64,000 bases of DNA, taken from IMG/VR virus record IMGVR_UViG_3300031787_000011; one strand, given 5' to 3'. A program made the translations under genes and the position numbers. The notes beneath the pieces are model-generated. The model saw nothing but the letters and a program-made list of their open reading frames with translations, did not search any database and was not told where the DNA came from. Of this stretch, positions 47,834 through 58,155 are shown piece after piece; within the stretch, counting starts at the first letter, position 1, and every line of letters starts with the position of its first letter. The stretch comes from a virus.

Positions 47834-48730
47834 ATGAGAAAAAATTTTTATAAATACTTAACTTCTATTTTTAAATCTGACGAAAGGATAGCAATTCTTT
47901 TAGGTGATATTGGCGTTTTTTCTCTAAAGCCTGCTTTTGATCACGATCCATCAAGAGCTTACAATTTAGGAATTATGGAGCAAACAATGACTGGCGCAGC
48001 GTGTGGTCTTTCAAAGAGCGGATTTATTCCCTTTATTCATTCTATCGCCCCATTTATAACGGAAAGAAGCTATGAACAGCTCAAGTTAAATCTTGGCTAT
48101 GAGAATGTGAATGCTTTTGTTATTAGTGTTGGAAATTCTTATGATTACGCTGGGCTTGGATGTACGCATCATTGCTCAAATGATTTAAAAATTGTAAGCG
48201 CTATACCTAATTTTAAAACATTTTGCCCCGGTAATTCAAAAGACGTTGAAGAAATAATAACCAAAAACCTTAATTTTCAATGCCCAAAATATATTCGTTT
48301 GTCTGAAGTAGAAAACAATCTAACGTCGTTTCACAATTCCTACGAAGATCTTGAAGAGTTAACCCATGGCAAAAATGGCGTCTGCATAATTTTAGGTAAT
48401 GCAATAAAAGATATCTCATCTTTAGTAAAAAGCAATCCAGATTATACTATACTTTATACTTATAATGTATCTGAATTTGACGTTGCAAAACTTAATTCAA
48501 TAATTGAATCTAAAGGCATAATTAAAAAAATAACAGTCGTTGAACCATGTGCTGCGACAGATATAATTTCTAAAATTGCCTGCTCTATAAAAAATATAGA
48601 ATCTATACAATCTATTTCAGTACCAAAAATGTTTATAGAAAAATACGGAAAGAAAGAAAATATAGACAAATTCCTAGGATTAGACGACAATTCCATAATA
48701 GAAAAATTATCTAAAATTTATGCCTCCTAA
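47834..48730 (+). CDS. transketolase C-terminal subunit
   Basis: NLGIMEQ, RSYEQ, GCTHH, PKYIRL. Confidence 0.9.
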   Translation: MRKNFYKYLTSIFKSDERIAILLGDIGVFSLKPAFDHDPSRAYNLGIMEQTMTGAACGLSKSGFIPFIHSIAPFITERSYEQLKLNLGYENVNAFVISVGNSYDYAGLGCTHHCSNDLKIVSAIPNFKTFCPGNSKDVEEIITKNLNFQCPKYIRLSEVENNLTSFHNSYEDLEELTHGKNGVCIILGNAIKDISSLVKSNPDYTILYTYNVSEFDVAKLNSIIESKGIIKKITVVEPCAATDIISKIACSIKNIESIQSISVPKMFIEKYGKKENIDKFLGLDDNSIIEKLSKIYAS

Positions 48731-49445
48731 TGTAAGCGCCTATCTATCATCTATTAGACCTTATCGTTGGATGAGAATCCACGAAATGTTAGCCAAAACA
48801 GGATTAAGCTTTGAAATCGTTATCGTAGGGCCAAACGAGCCAGATTTTAGTTTGCCGAACGAGATTCGTTTTTATAAAAGCAATGTCAAGCCATCTCAGT
48901 GTTTCCATGCAGCAGCGTCAATGTGTACTGGAGAAACACTTTTGCAAGTCGTTGACGATATAGAGTATTCTGATGGCGGAATAGAAACAATGTATAAAGC
49001 GGTTTCCGGTAAAGATAATGTCATGGCAACATGCAAGTATTTCCAAAACGGCAGTTCTAATATTTATAACCAAAATATTTCTGGCAATATTCTAAATTTA
49101 TCTTATCTTCCATTGCTTCCAGTTTGCGGATTGTATAGACGCCATGTTTTCAATGATTTAGGCGGTATTGACAAGAGGTTCAATGGAGTCATGGGAGAAC
49201 TTGATTTGTATATGAGAATGAGTGTCGCCGGATACACTACTGTTTTCGTTGATTTTATTTGTAACGAAAATACAGAGCATCAAGTTAAGGAGTCGACAAG
49301 TCTATGCGGCAAATTTTGGGATCAAGATAGGCCGAAATTTATGCAATTATGGTCCACCTCTGGAGTTCTTTATCCAATCAGAAATGATATAGTTAGAAAA
49401 TATTCAGACATAGACATTCTTTCAGTAGATCAAAATTATGAATAA
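48720..49445 (+). CDS. GT2-like glycosyltransferase
   Basis: FEIVIVG, VVDD, LGGIDKRF. Confidence 0.7.
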   Translation: MPPNVSAYLSSIRPYRWMRIHEMLAKTGLSFEIVIVGPNEPDFSLPNEIRFYKSNVKPSQCFHAAASMCTGETLLQVVDDIEYSDGGIETMYKAVSGKDNVMATCKYFQNGSSNIYNQNISGNILNLSYLPLLPVCGLYRRHVFNDLGGIDKRFNGVMGELDLYMRMSVAGYTTVFVDFICNENTEHQVKESTSLCGKFWDQDRPKFMQLWSTSGVLYPIRNDIVRKYSDIDILSVDQNYE

Positions 49446-50373
49446 CACTAATTACTTTGAAAGCAAAAAAGTATTAGTCACTGGAGCCTCTGGCGTTTTG
49501 GGATACAATCTTTGCAAAAGATTATTTTCTATTCCATTCTGTGATGTGCATGTAAATTATTTAAATCCTCCAGGACCAAATTTCAAAGATCTTTTAAAAG
49601 CTTCCAACCACCACATATTTGATATAACAGATTTAGAAAAGATTAATGCTTTGCCTAAATTTGACATTATATTTCATTGCTCTGGATATGGGCAACCGCA
49701 GAAATTTATAAAAAACCCAAATAAAACCTTTGCTCTAAACACTTTGTCTTTGCAAAATTTAGTTTGCAAAGCTACCGAACAATTTATTTTTATCAGCACA
49801 AGTGAAGTGTATTCCGAAAGCGAAGGAAATTCAGAAGAATCAAATATAACTATCAATCCATCAAATACTAGAAATTGTTATATTTTAAGTAAGCTATTTG
49901 GAGAATCTTTGCTTGCTTTTGGTGATCCAAATCTAAATCATAAATCAATTAGACTTTGTTTATGCTACGGCCCAGGATTTAAAAAAGACGACAAGAGGGT
50001 CCTATCTGAATTTATCATTAAAGGTTGCGAAAATAACGAGATATCACTATTGGACGAAGGCTCTGCTTTAAGAAGCTATATTTACGTGGATGATTGTATA
50101 GAAGGTATTCTAAATATTGCAACAAAAGGCAAGCACAACATATATAATATAGGCGGCAAAGATCTATTGTCTATTAAAGAATTGGCGGAATCTATTGGAG
50201 ATATTTTAGGCTGTCAAGTAAAAATAGGAGATAAGAAAAACAAATTAGCAAATAGCCCAAACAAAGCTTGCGTAGACATTTCTAGATACGAGCAAGAATT
50301 TGGTAAACTAAATAAAACATCATTGCAAGACGGACTCAAAAAATGCATTAAATGGTACAAAAATTATGTTTAA
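49438..50373 (+). CDS. NAD-dependent epimerase/dehydratase (decarboxylase-like)
   Basis: TGASGVLG, STSEVY, YILSK, YGPG. Confidence 0.9.
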   Translation: MNNTNYFESKKVLVTGASGVLGYNLCKRLFSIPFCDVHVNYLNPPGPNFKDLLKASNHHIFDITDLEKINALPKFDIIFHCSGYGQPQKFIKNPNKTFALNTLSLQNLVCKATEQFIFISTSEVYSESEGNSEESNITINPSNTRNCYILSKLFGESLLAFGDPNLNHKSIRLCLCYGPGFKKDDKRVLSEFIIKGCENNEISLLDEGSALRSYIYVDDCIEGILNIATKGKHNIYNIGGKDLLSIKELAESIGDILGCQVKIGDKKNKLANSPNKACVDISRYEQEFGKLNKTSLQDGLKKCIKWYKNYV

Positions 50374-51277
50374 AGTTATACCTCAAGACATTCAAAGCAG
50401 ATACTCTCACCAAATAAGCCCTTTATTAATTTCTAAAATTAATAACTCTGAATTGCTATACGAGCCTTTGGATTCTGTCGAACTCCATAATTATATAGTC
50501 AATTATATTAATGTTTTATCATCGGACTTGATAAGGGCTGGAGAAGGCCGCATCTCTCATTGGGAAAGTGGATGGAAAGAAAATCTAGAAGAATTTAAAA
50601 AGACTTTAAACCCAGAATCTTTGATACCCAAGTATCACAAAAAAAATAATATTGCAAGACTTAACAAACAAATAATTAAAACCCATTCTAAAGATTTTGA
50701 TTATCATTTGCATTCTTTTTTTGTTGACGCTTTACTCCTTGAGCATATTCCAAACTACGACAAGATTTTCGAATTTGGATGCGGTACAGGATATCACTTA
50801 TTTAGACTAAACAAATACTTTTCTGATAAGCTTTATCACGGAGGAGATTGGAGCGTTGCGTCTCAGAACAATATAGCGGAGTGCTCCAACGCAATCGGAT
50901 CACACAATATCAAAGGCTTTAATTTTAATTATTTCGAGCCAGATTATTCTATTGATATTAAAGATTCACTTATCTATACCGTCGCGTCTTTGGAGCAAAT
51001 AGGAGAGAAGCATGATAAAGTGCTTGAATATTTTGTTAATAGTAAGCCCGGCTTGTGCATTCATTTTGAACCGATTCACGAAGTCTTAGATCCAGAAAAT
51101 ATTCTTGATTATTTAACTATTCAATATTTTAACAAGAGAAATTACCTAAAAAACTATCTGACTTCTTTGAGAAAACTAGAATCAGAAGGCAAAATTAGAA
51201 TTTTAGACACTAGAAGACTATATTATGGTAGCAAGTTTATTGAAGGACATACTGTAATCATATGGAAACCAGTTTAA
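50366..51277 (+). CDS. class I SAM methyltransferase
   Basis: FEFGCGTG, SLEQ, HFEP. Confidence 0.8.
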   Translation: MFKVIPQDIQSRYSHQISPLLISKINNSELLYEPLDSVELHNYIVNYINVLSSDLIRAGEGRISHWESGWKENLEEFKKTLNPESLIPKYHKKNNIARLNKQIIKTHSKDFDYHLHSFFVDALLLEHIPNYDKIFEFGCGTGYHLFRLNKYFSDKLYHGGDWSVASQNNIAECSNAIGSHNIKGFNFNYFEPDYSIDIKDSLIYTVASLEQIGEKHDKVLEYFVNSKPGLCIHFEPIHEVLDPENILDYLTIQYFNKRNYLKNYLTSLRKLESEGKIRILDTRRLYYGSKFIEGHTVIIWKPV

Positions 51278-51744
51278 AAGATATAAAAGAGTTTAAATTT
51301 GATAGCTTCGAAGATTTTCGAGGAGAAATTTTCACAACATATAAAGATTCTTTGGATGGCAAAAAGTTTGACCACGATAAGGTTTGCATTAGATATAAAA
51401 ACTGCCTAGTAGGAATCCATGGAGATTTTAATACTTGGAAGCTTGTATCTTGTTTATATGGAAGGGTTCATGCTGTGTTCGTAGATAATAGACCAGAATC
51501 TAAAGACTACAATAAACACATAACTAAAATTTTAAGCAATGAAAATAAAAAAGCTATCCTTTTGCCTCCTGGCATAGGTAATAGTTTTTATGTTTTATCA
51601 GATGTTTGTGTTTATGATTATAAACTATCTTATACTGGAGAATATACTGATTGCGACAAACAATTTACTTTAAAATGGAATGATCCAAAATATAATATTC
51701 ATTGGCCTTCTAATAATCCAATTCTAAGCGAAAGAGATAAATAA
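51262..51744 (+). CDS. rmlC: dTDP-4-dehydrorhamnose 3,5-epimerase
   Basis: FEDFRG, GIHG, KLVSC..G, YK, WNDP..NIHWP. Confidence 0.88.
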   Translation: METSLKDIKEFKFDSFEDFRGEIFTTYKDSLDGKKFDHDKVCIRYKNCLVGIHGDFNTWKLVSCLYGRVHAVFVDNRPESKDYNKHITKILSNENKKAILLPPGIGNSFYVLSDVCVYDYKLSYTGEYTDCDKQFTLKWNDPKYNIHWPSNNPILSERDK

Positions 51745-52874
51745 TGAATAATATTGTCATCACTGGAGTAACCGGGCAGGACGGAGCGAACATGGTTGAA
51801 TATTTGCTCGAAAAAACTAATTATAATATCCATGGCGTTGCCAGAAGAGCATCTAATCCCAATTATATAAATTGCCAAAAGTTCATAAACAATCCAAGAT
51901 TTAAATTTATATATGGAGATCTTTCTGATGCTGTTAGTATAGACGGCATTATTCAATCTTTAAAGCCTGATTATTTTATTAATTTTGGCGCCCAATCCTT
52001 TGTTGGGTGTAGCTGGGAAATACCCTTGCAAACATTCGACACAAATGCTACTGGAGTTGCAAGATGCTTGGAGGCTATCCGCAGACTTCATCCTAAGTGC
52101 AGATTTTATTCCGCTGGTTCTAGCGAGGAATTTGGCGACGTAGCCTATTCTCCACAAGACATTTATCATCCAATCAGAGCCAGAAGCCCATATGGAGCCT
52201 CCAAAGCCGCAGCAAGACACTTAGTTAAAGTATACAGGGAATCTTATAATTTGTACGCTGTCCATGGAATTTTATTTAATCACGAAGGAACAAAGCGAGG
52301 AGAAGAATTTGTAACAAGAAAAATATCTAAAGGTGTAGCCAGAATATATCACGCTATTAAAAACGGAAAAACGTTTGATCCGATTGAATTAGGAAATCTG
52401 GACGCTAAAAGAGATTGGTCTGACTCAGAAGACTTTGTCGATGGCGTTTGGAAAATGTTAAATCAAGAAAATTTTAGATATGATCTACAGCCTGAATTGT
52501 ATAGAGAGCAATCATATTGTAAATCCATGATTCGGAGTTTAAAAGATTACGTTCTTTCTAGCAATGAAACTCATTCTATTAGAGAATTTATTGAAATTGC
52601 ATTTAATGAAATTGGAATTGAAGGAGTTTGGCACGGAACTGGAATTTTAGAAGAATATAGTATTTCTACAAAATATGCCATCGCAAACGATCCGCTTTCT
52701 TCAGTTTTAATTAAAGTAAATGAAAAATTTTATAGACCAGCAGAAGTTGACCTGTTGATGGGCGATTCTACGCCAGCCAGAACAGAATTAAATTGGCTTC
52801 CAAAAACCGATTTTAAAGGCTTGGTGAAAAAGATGGTCGCCCACGACATATCCCTCCTTGACAAATCGCCATGA
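51744..52874 (+). CDS. gmd: GDP-mannose 4,6-dehydratase
   Basis: TGVTGQDG, AQSFV, SPYGASK, LFNHE, FVTRKI, GNLDAKRDW, RPAEVDLL. Confidence 0.95.
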   Translation: MNNIVITGVTGQDGANMVEYLLEKTNYNIHGVARRASNPNYINCQKFINNPRFKFIYGDLSDAVSIDGIIQSLKPDYFINFGAQSFVGCSWEIPLQTFDTNATGVARCLEAIRRLHPKCRFYSAGSSEEFGDVAYSPQDIYHPIRARSPYGASKAAARHLVKVYRESYNLYAVHGILFNHEGTKRGEEFVTRKISKGVARIYHAIKNGKTFDPIELGNLDAKRDWSDSEDFVDGVWKMLNQENFRYDLQPELYREQSYCKSMIRSLKDYVLSSNETHSIREFIEIAFNEIGIEGVWHGTGILEEYSISTKYAIANDPLSSVLIKVNEKFYRPAEVDLLMGDSTPARTELNWLPKTDFKGLVKKMVAHDISLLDKSP

Positions 52875-52886
52875 TCAGGTGATACT
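52858..52886 (+). promoter_or_regulatory. sigma70-like promoter for the replication genes
   Basis: TTGACA-N17-GATACT-N6-GTG. Confidence 0.7.
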
Positions 52887-52892
52887 AGGCGG

Positions 52893-53252
52893 GTGACTGC
52901 GAAAGCCAAAAAGCCTAGAAAGCTAAGTAAGCAACAGCAATTAATCATAAATTTCTTATTAGAAACTAAGTCTTGTAATTGGCCTAACGAGATGCGAATT
53001 GCAAATATGCTTATTAAAGAGCATGGCTTTGAGTGGCTCATGAGTCTTAGAGGCAGGACCAAGGTTATATCACTTGTTTGGTTTTTGGGCGAAAACGGGA
53101 AAAATTTTCTAAGAGATATCAAAAAATATCAATCCCTTTCTTTTGAAAAAGAGAAGATAATTCTAGAAGATAAACCTGTCGCTCCAGAAGTTGAAGTAAA
53201 TAAAAAACCAACCTCAATCAAAGAGTTTTTAAATCTTTTTAACAAAAAATAA
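52893..53252 (+). CDS. hypothetical protein
   Basis: First ORF of the replication run. Confidence 0.7.
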   Translation: MTAKAKKPRKLSKQQQLIINFLLETKSCNWPNEMRIANMLIKEHGFEWLMSLRGRTKVISLVWFLGENGKNFLRDIKKYQSLSFEKEKIILEDKPVAPEVEVNKKPTSIKEFLNLFNKK

Positions 53253-53253
53253 T

Positions 53254-54369
53254 ATGGCAAGACCCAAGAAAGAAGTGCAAGAAGTAGCAGAAGAATCAAA
53301 CGTTTCAGGAAAACTAAGGGTTCTAGATAGCATCCTAAGCCGCAACAAAGATCACCATTATGCTTTTGATAATAATATTGATTATGTCGTCAGCAGCGGC
53401 AGTTTGACTCTCGATATTGAAATGGGCGGTGGCATTCACCCCGGTATAGTGCGGTCTTCTGGAATCACTGAAGGAGGCAAGACCAGCAACGCTTTGGCTT
53501 TCGCTAGGAACTTCCAACTTCTTCATCCAGAAAAGGGGTGCGTAATTTACATCAAATCCGAAGGTAGACTTAGCGAGAACATCATCTCTAGGTCTGGCAT
53601 AAATACTGACCCATCTAAATGGAGAGTTATTCCTACTAACGATTACGAATTTGTAATTGATACGATGCGCGAACTAATCAAAGACAATGACGATGGAAAT
53701 CTTTATTTCTTTGTCCTTGACAGTCTTGATGCTTTAGTGCCTAGAAATGATTTGGCTAAATCAGCTACAGAAGCAAATAAAACTGCTGGCGCAGCATTGT
53801 TGACAGCCGATCTTCTTCGCAAGATGGCAGCGGCGTTTTCTTCTAGGGGGCATATTTGTTTTATAATTTCTCAAGTTCGCTCTTCTATTAAAATCAATCC
53901 TTATGAAAAAGGTGATCCAAAGGTCACCAATGCAAGCGGCGGAAACGCTGCCCTGCACTATTCAGACTGGATCCTCGAATTTCAACAACGCTGGAATAAG
54001 GATTTCATCTATGCGAACGCCAAAGGAGATGGTAATCCTGTCGGTCATTGGTGTAAAATTTCATTTAAGAAAACCCCAAATGAAAAGTCTGGCAGAGAAG
54101 TTCGTTACCCAATCAAATATGGCCGCTCTAACGGATCAAGTGTTTGGGTCGAATATGAGATTGTAGATCAACTTTTGGCCTGGGAGTTTGCCCATGCTAA
54201 AGGCGCTTGGATTACTATTACTGATGAGCTTATTAAAGAGCTTGCTGATAACAGTTTAGAAATGCCAAAGCAACATCAAGGAGAAGCCAATCTCAAAAAC
54301 TTCCTTGAAGAGCATCAAGATATAACAAAATATCTATTTAATAAATTCATAAGCGCTCTTAAAAAGTGA
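53254..54369 (+). CDS. RecA/UvsX-like recombinase
   Basis: SSGSLTLDI, GGKTS, LDSLDAL, IISQVR, GGNAALHY. Confidence 0.9.
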   Translation: MARPKKEVQEVAEESNVSGKLRVLDSILSRNKDHHYAFDNNIDYVVSSGSLTLDIEMGGGIHPGIVRSSGITEGGKTSNALAFARNFQLLHPEKGCVIYIKSEGRLSENIISRSGINTDPSKWRVIPTNDYEFVIDTMRELIKDNDDGNLYFFVLDSLDALVPRNDLAKSATEANKTAGAALLTADLLRKMAAAFSSRGHICFIISQVRSSIKINPYEKGDPKVTNASGGNAALHYSDWILEFQQRWNKDFIYANAKGDGNPVGHWCKISFKKTPNEKSGREVRYPIKYGRSNGSSVWVEYEIVDQLLAWEFAHAKGAWITITDELIKELADNSLEMPKQHQGEANLKNFLEEHQDITKYLFNKFISALKK

Positions 54370-54782
54370 AGCTTTATAATGTCTATGGAAAGGTGGTTAG
54401 CAAAAACGTCTCTCAATATTTGATTGACTGGGATGCTACCTCTCGATCCAAAGTACAATTTAATACAAAACAATTCCTAAGAACCTATTGGAAAAACCAC
54501 ATAGTGTATGAGGAGTTCCCCGTATTCGGCTCTAGGCTAAAAGTAGATATCGTTAACGCTACCCTAAGAATAGCTGTCGAAGTCCACGGCAAACAACATA
54601 CATCTTATAATAAATTTTTCCACGGTGAATCTCGTCTTAATTATTTAAAGTCTATTAAAAGAGATGTCGCTAAAGAAAAGTGGCTATCTATAAATAAATT
54701 TCAACTTGTAGAGATTTATGAAAATGAAGTCAAAGATCTTTCCGCACAATTTTTTAAAGACAAATTCAATATAATTCTTTAA
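54366..54782 (+). CDS. DUF559/Vsr-like endonuclease
   Basis: EEFPV, VD, AVEVHGKQH, RD..K..W. Confidence 0.8.
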   Translation: MKLYNVYGKVVSKNVSQYLIDWDATSRSKVQFNTKQFLRTYWKNHIVYEEFPVFGSRLKVDIVNATLRIAVEVHGKQHTSYNKFFHGESRLNYLKSIKRDVAKEKWLSINKFQLVEIYENEVKDLSAQFFKDKFNIIL

Positions 54783-56245
54783 TGGCTATATATTCTCTAC
54801 AGGTAGAAAAATATGTTTTATCTGGCCTTATCAGGCATCCAGCTTCATTTGCTGACATAGAAAATTTCATTAGTGAAAGCGATTTTATTAATGATGTTCA
54901 TTATACAATCTTTTGCGTTTTTAAGGAGACATTTAATAAAGGTGAGCAGATCGATAAGGTTCTTATTTCTCAAAAATGCAAGAATCTTGGGATTACATTC
55001 AAAGACCAATCTATTGACATTTTCAATTATGTTAATAGTATTTGCTTAATTCCCACCTCTCAAGCTGGCCTTATCGAAGGAGCCAAAGAACTTCTTAAAC
55101 TTCGCATCAGAAGAGAGATAGAGCAAACAGGTGATGAAATCAAAAAATTTGCTAATTCTTGCGCTGAAAAACCGATTGAAGAAATCATAACAGAGTCTGA
55201 TAAGATTTATAATAGTAAAATTTGCACTTATGCCTCTGAAAATAATAAACCAGAAGACATAACAAATAATGTCATAGAAATTATTGAAGAGCGCGGCAAT
55301 AATCCAATTGAAGATACTGGACTAACTAGCCCTTACGCTAATTTCAATCGTCTTTACGGTGGGATTCGCCCTGGTAATCTTTACGCTTGGGTTAGTAGAC
55401 CGAAGCACGGCAAATCAACTATTCTTAATGATCTTGCGATTAAGATTACTTCAATCAACAAAGGATGTAAGGCCCTTGTTCTTGACACTGAAATGTCTAC
55501 AATAGACATGAAGTTCAGAATAGCTTCGTCTCTAACCGGAATCCCAGTGTGGTATCTCGAAACAGGAAACTGGAAAAAGAATAATAATCTATATCAAAAA
55601 TTCGAACAAAGCAAGGATAAGATTCGCGCCCTTAATAATCAAGTTGATCATTTGCAAGTCGCAGGCAAACCAATTGAAGAAGTTGTTTCTATTGTCAAAC
55701 GTTGGTATTTTTCTAAAGTAGGTCGCGGTAATCAATGCGTTGTTGTTTACGATTATATTAAATTAACCGGCGAATCAGATAAGAACAAACAAGAATATCA
55801 GTTGATCGGTGAAAAAGTAAATGCTTTAAAAGAGCTTTGCTCAGAACTTAATATTCCTATTCTTACTGCTTGCCAATTAAATCGCACTGCAGAAAGCGGC
55901 GTTGATGACAGTAGCGCGATCTCTCAATCTGATCGCTTACAATGGTTTGCTTCATTTGTGGCTATTTTTAGACGCAAGAGCGTAGAGGAAATCGCTGACG
56001 ACGGCCCAGAATTTGGATCACATAAACTTATACCATTAGCTACCCGTTTCCAAGGTAAAGATTCTGCTGGTCATCATGATTTAGTTAGAATCCAAGAAGG
56101 CAAAAAGGTAAAGTACATGCCTAATTATATAAGTTTTGATATTAATAACTTTAACGTGCAAGAGACTGGAACTCTTGAGGATATTTTGTCTGCAAGAGCT
56201 TTGAAGCCCGAACTTGACGATTCTGGCGATGGCGAAGTTTTATGA
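54782..56245 (+). CDS. dnaB: replicative DNA helicase
   Basis: RPKHGKS, DTEM, VYDYIK, QLNR. Confidence 0.92.
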   Translation: MAIYSLQVEKYVLSGLIRHPASFADIENFISESDFINDVHYTIFCVFKETFNKGEQIDKVLISQKCKNLGITFKDQSIDIFNYVNSICLIPTSQAGLIEGAKELLKLRIRREIEQTGDEIKKFANSCAEKPIEEIITESDKIYNSKICTYASENNKPEDITNNVIEIIEERGNNPIEDTGLTSPYANFNRLYGGIRPGNLYAWVSRPKHGKSTILNDLAIKITSINKGCKALVLDTEMSTIDMKFRIASSLTGIPVWYLETGNWKKNNNLYQKFEQSKDKIRALNNQVDHLQVAGKPIEEVVSIVKRWYFSKVGRGNQCVVVYDYIKLTGESDKNKQEYQLIGEKVNALKELCSELNIPILTACQLNRTAESGVDDSSAISQSDRLQWFASFVAIFRRKSVEEIADDGPEFGSHKLIPLATRFQGKDSAGHHDLVRIQEGKKVKYMPNYISFDINNFNVQETGTLEDILSARALKPELDDSGDGEVL

Positions 56246-57177
56246 ATGACTGCGAATCTGTAAAAAAAATACTCACTGACATAGGGTATAGTTTAACTGA
56301 TCATGGCCGAGAATATAGAACAAGGCCTCTTTATCGAGACTCCGGTAACGATAACGTATTAAGAATATGGAAAAATTCTGGTCAATGGGTTGACTTCAAG
56401 GAAAACATCAGCGGATCTATAGAAGATTTAGTAAAACTTACCTTAAAACTTAAAACAATAGATGAAGCCAAGAAGTGGATTTCAGAAAAAGGAATAGACA
56501 CATCTTATTCTGAAGACCATCAGCAAAGAGTTACGACCACCCAGACAACTATTTTTGATAAATCTTTATTGATAAAGTTGTCGAGAGATGATACTTATTG
56601 GGAAGGAAGAGGTATTTCAAGTCAAACGCTTCAGCCTTTTCAGGGCGGCGTAGCTTCGACTGGTAAAATGTTTAATAGATATGTTTTCCCTATTTTTAAT
56701 TGTAAAGATGAAATAGTTGGATTTGCTGGCAGGGATGTCTCTAAGACAAGTCTAGAAGGTCGTCCGAAATGGAAGCTTATTGGAGATAAAAAAGAGTGGG
56801 CTTTTCCACTAAAAGTTAACGCTAAAGATATAAAATCTTCTAAGATAATTATTTTGGTTGAAAGCATAGGAGATATGTTGGCTCTTAGAGAAAATGGAAT
56901 CAATAATTCAATCGTATCTTTTGGCCTAAATCTATCTCCTAAAATTATCTACTCTTTAATTGGTTATAACCCTAAAAAAATTATCATTGCTTTTAATGAT
57001 GATTCCTTTAATAATGCTGCCGGAAATCTAGCCGCAGAGTCAGCGCACCAAAGACTTTTAAACTACTTTGATCCTAGTCAAGTACAAATCAAGCTGCCAT
57101 TTGGAGCAAAAGATTTCGGAGAAATGCATTTAAAAGATAGATCTTTAATTTCTAACTGGTATAATTCTATCCAATGA
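56242..57177 (+). CDS. DNA primase (DnaG-like, Toprim)
   Basis: FPI...IVGFAGR, PKW, LVESIGD, FNDD, KDFGE. Confidence 0.88.
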   Translation: MNDCESVKKILTDIGYSLTDHGREYRTRPLYRDSGNDNVLRIWKNSGQWVDFKENISGSIEDLVKLTLKLKTIDEAKKWISEKGIDTSYSEDHQQRVTTTQTTIFDKSLLIKLSRDDTYWEGRGISSQTLQPFQGGVASTGKMFNRYVFPIFNCKDEIVGFAGRDVSKTSLEGRPKWKLIGDKKEWAFPLKVNAKDIKSSKIIILVESIGDMLALRENGINNSIVSFGLNLSPKIIYSLIGYNPKKIIIAFNDDSFNNAAGNLAAESAHQRLLNYFDPSQVQIKLPFGAKDFGEMHLKDRSLISNWYNSIQ

Positions 57178-58121
57178 GCAACGTAGAAAAAGTAAAGCTG
57201 AGTGCTAGTAAAATCAAAACTGCTGAAGGATGCAGTTGGCTTTACTATACAAAATATATTCTCAAGCTACCTGACATATCAAACTCTGGAGCATCTAGAG
57301 GAACAATTTGTCATTTAATTTTTGAGCTTCTCTTAACTGACAGGCACAAGAAGTATTTTGAAGACCTATGCTCTGGTAAAGCTGGTGTTATTAAAAATCC
57401 AGCTATTCATAGGCTTATTCTAAAGCATGCCAAAAAACTAAAAGTAGACGATGAAGAGAATCTAGATTTGATTTATAACATGATTCAGACTGGTCTTCAA
57501 AGCGACTTTTTTTGCAATGGAGCGTTGCTTGTAGAAGCAGAGTCTGAGTTCAAGCTAGAAGAAGATGACTACATTATAAATGGCTTTATCGACAAGCTTG
57601 CAAAATTCAGCGACACAGAATATAAAATATACGACTACAAATCAAGCAAGGGAAAATTCTCCAAAGAAGAGATTGACTTTAATTTGCAAAATTTGATGTA
57701 TTCTTTAGCTGTATTTAAGACTAAAGGATATATTCCAGATGTATCTTTTATATTTCTTAAGTTTAAAAAACAGCCTATTCAAGAAGCGCCCAAGCCGACC
57801 GCAGAACAGCTAGAAGGCTTCAAGGCTTATTTAAGCTATGTTGCTGGTTATATTTCTTCTTTCGACGAAAAGAAAGCTATAGAAAATCTTGCCGCAAGCT
57901 CCCCAAAGAAAAAATGGATGTGTGGAAGCGATGTTCCCGGCAAGTGGATTTGCCCATCTAGATCTCCAGTTACTTATTATATTGGGGTTGATGAGAATGA
58001 TAAATTCATAAAGTCTTCATTTAAAAAAGAAGATCTAATCAACGACCCAAAGGTAAAGTTAATAAATAAAAAAGACTACAAAGGCTGCCCTTTCTGGAGG
58101 AAAGATGACCCAACTTTCTGA
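57174..58121 (+). CDS. PD-(D/E)XK (RecB/Cas4-like) exonuclease
   Basis: LSASKI...C, GTICH, GFIDKL, YDYKS, C-terminal Cys residues. Confidence 0.85.
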   Translation: MSNVEKVKLSASKIKTAEGCSWLYYTKYILKLPDISNSGASRGTICHLIFELLLTDRHKKYFEDLCSGKAGVIKNPAIHRLILKHAKKLKVDDEENLDLIYNMIQTGLQSDFFCNGALLVEAESEFKLEEDDYIINGFIDKLAKFSDTEYKIYDYKSSKGKFSKEEIDFNLQNLMYSLAVFKTKGYIPDVSFIFLKFKKQPIQEAPKPTAEQLEGFKAYLSYVAGYISSFDEKKAIENLAASSPKKKWMCGSDVPGKWICPSRSPVTYYIGVDENDKFIKSSFKKEDLINDPKVKLINKKDYKGCPFWRKDDPTF

Positions 58122-58150
58122 TTGACCATCCCTCGAAACACCGCCATAAT
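58122..58150 (+). promoter_or_regulatory. sigma70-like promoter
   Basis: TTGACC-N17-CATAAT-N5-ATG. Confidence 0.7.
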
Positions 58151-58155
58151 CCATC

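Noticed and set aside
57174-58121. CRISPR-associated Cas4
   Set aside because: Stand-alone nuclease in a replication operon with no cas1, cas2 or array
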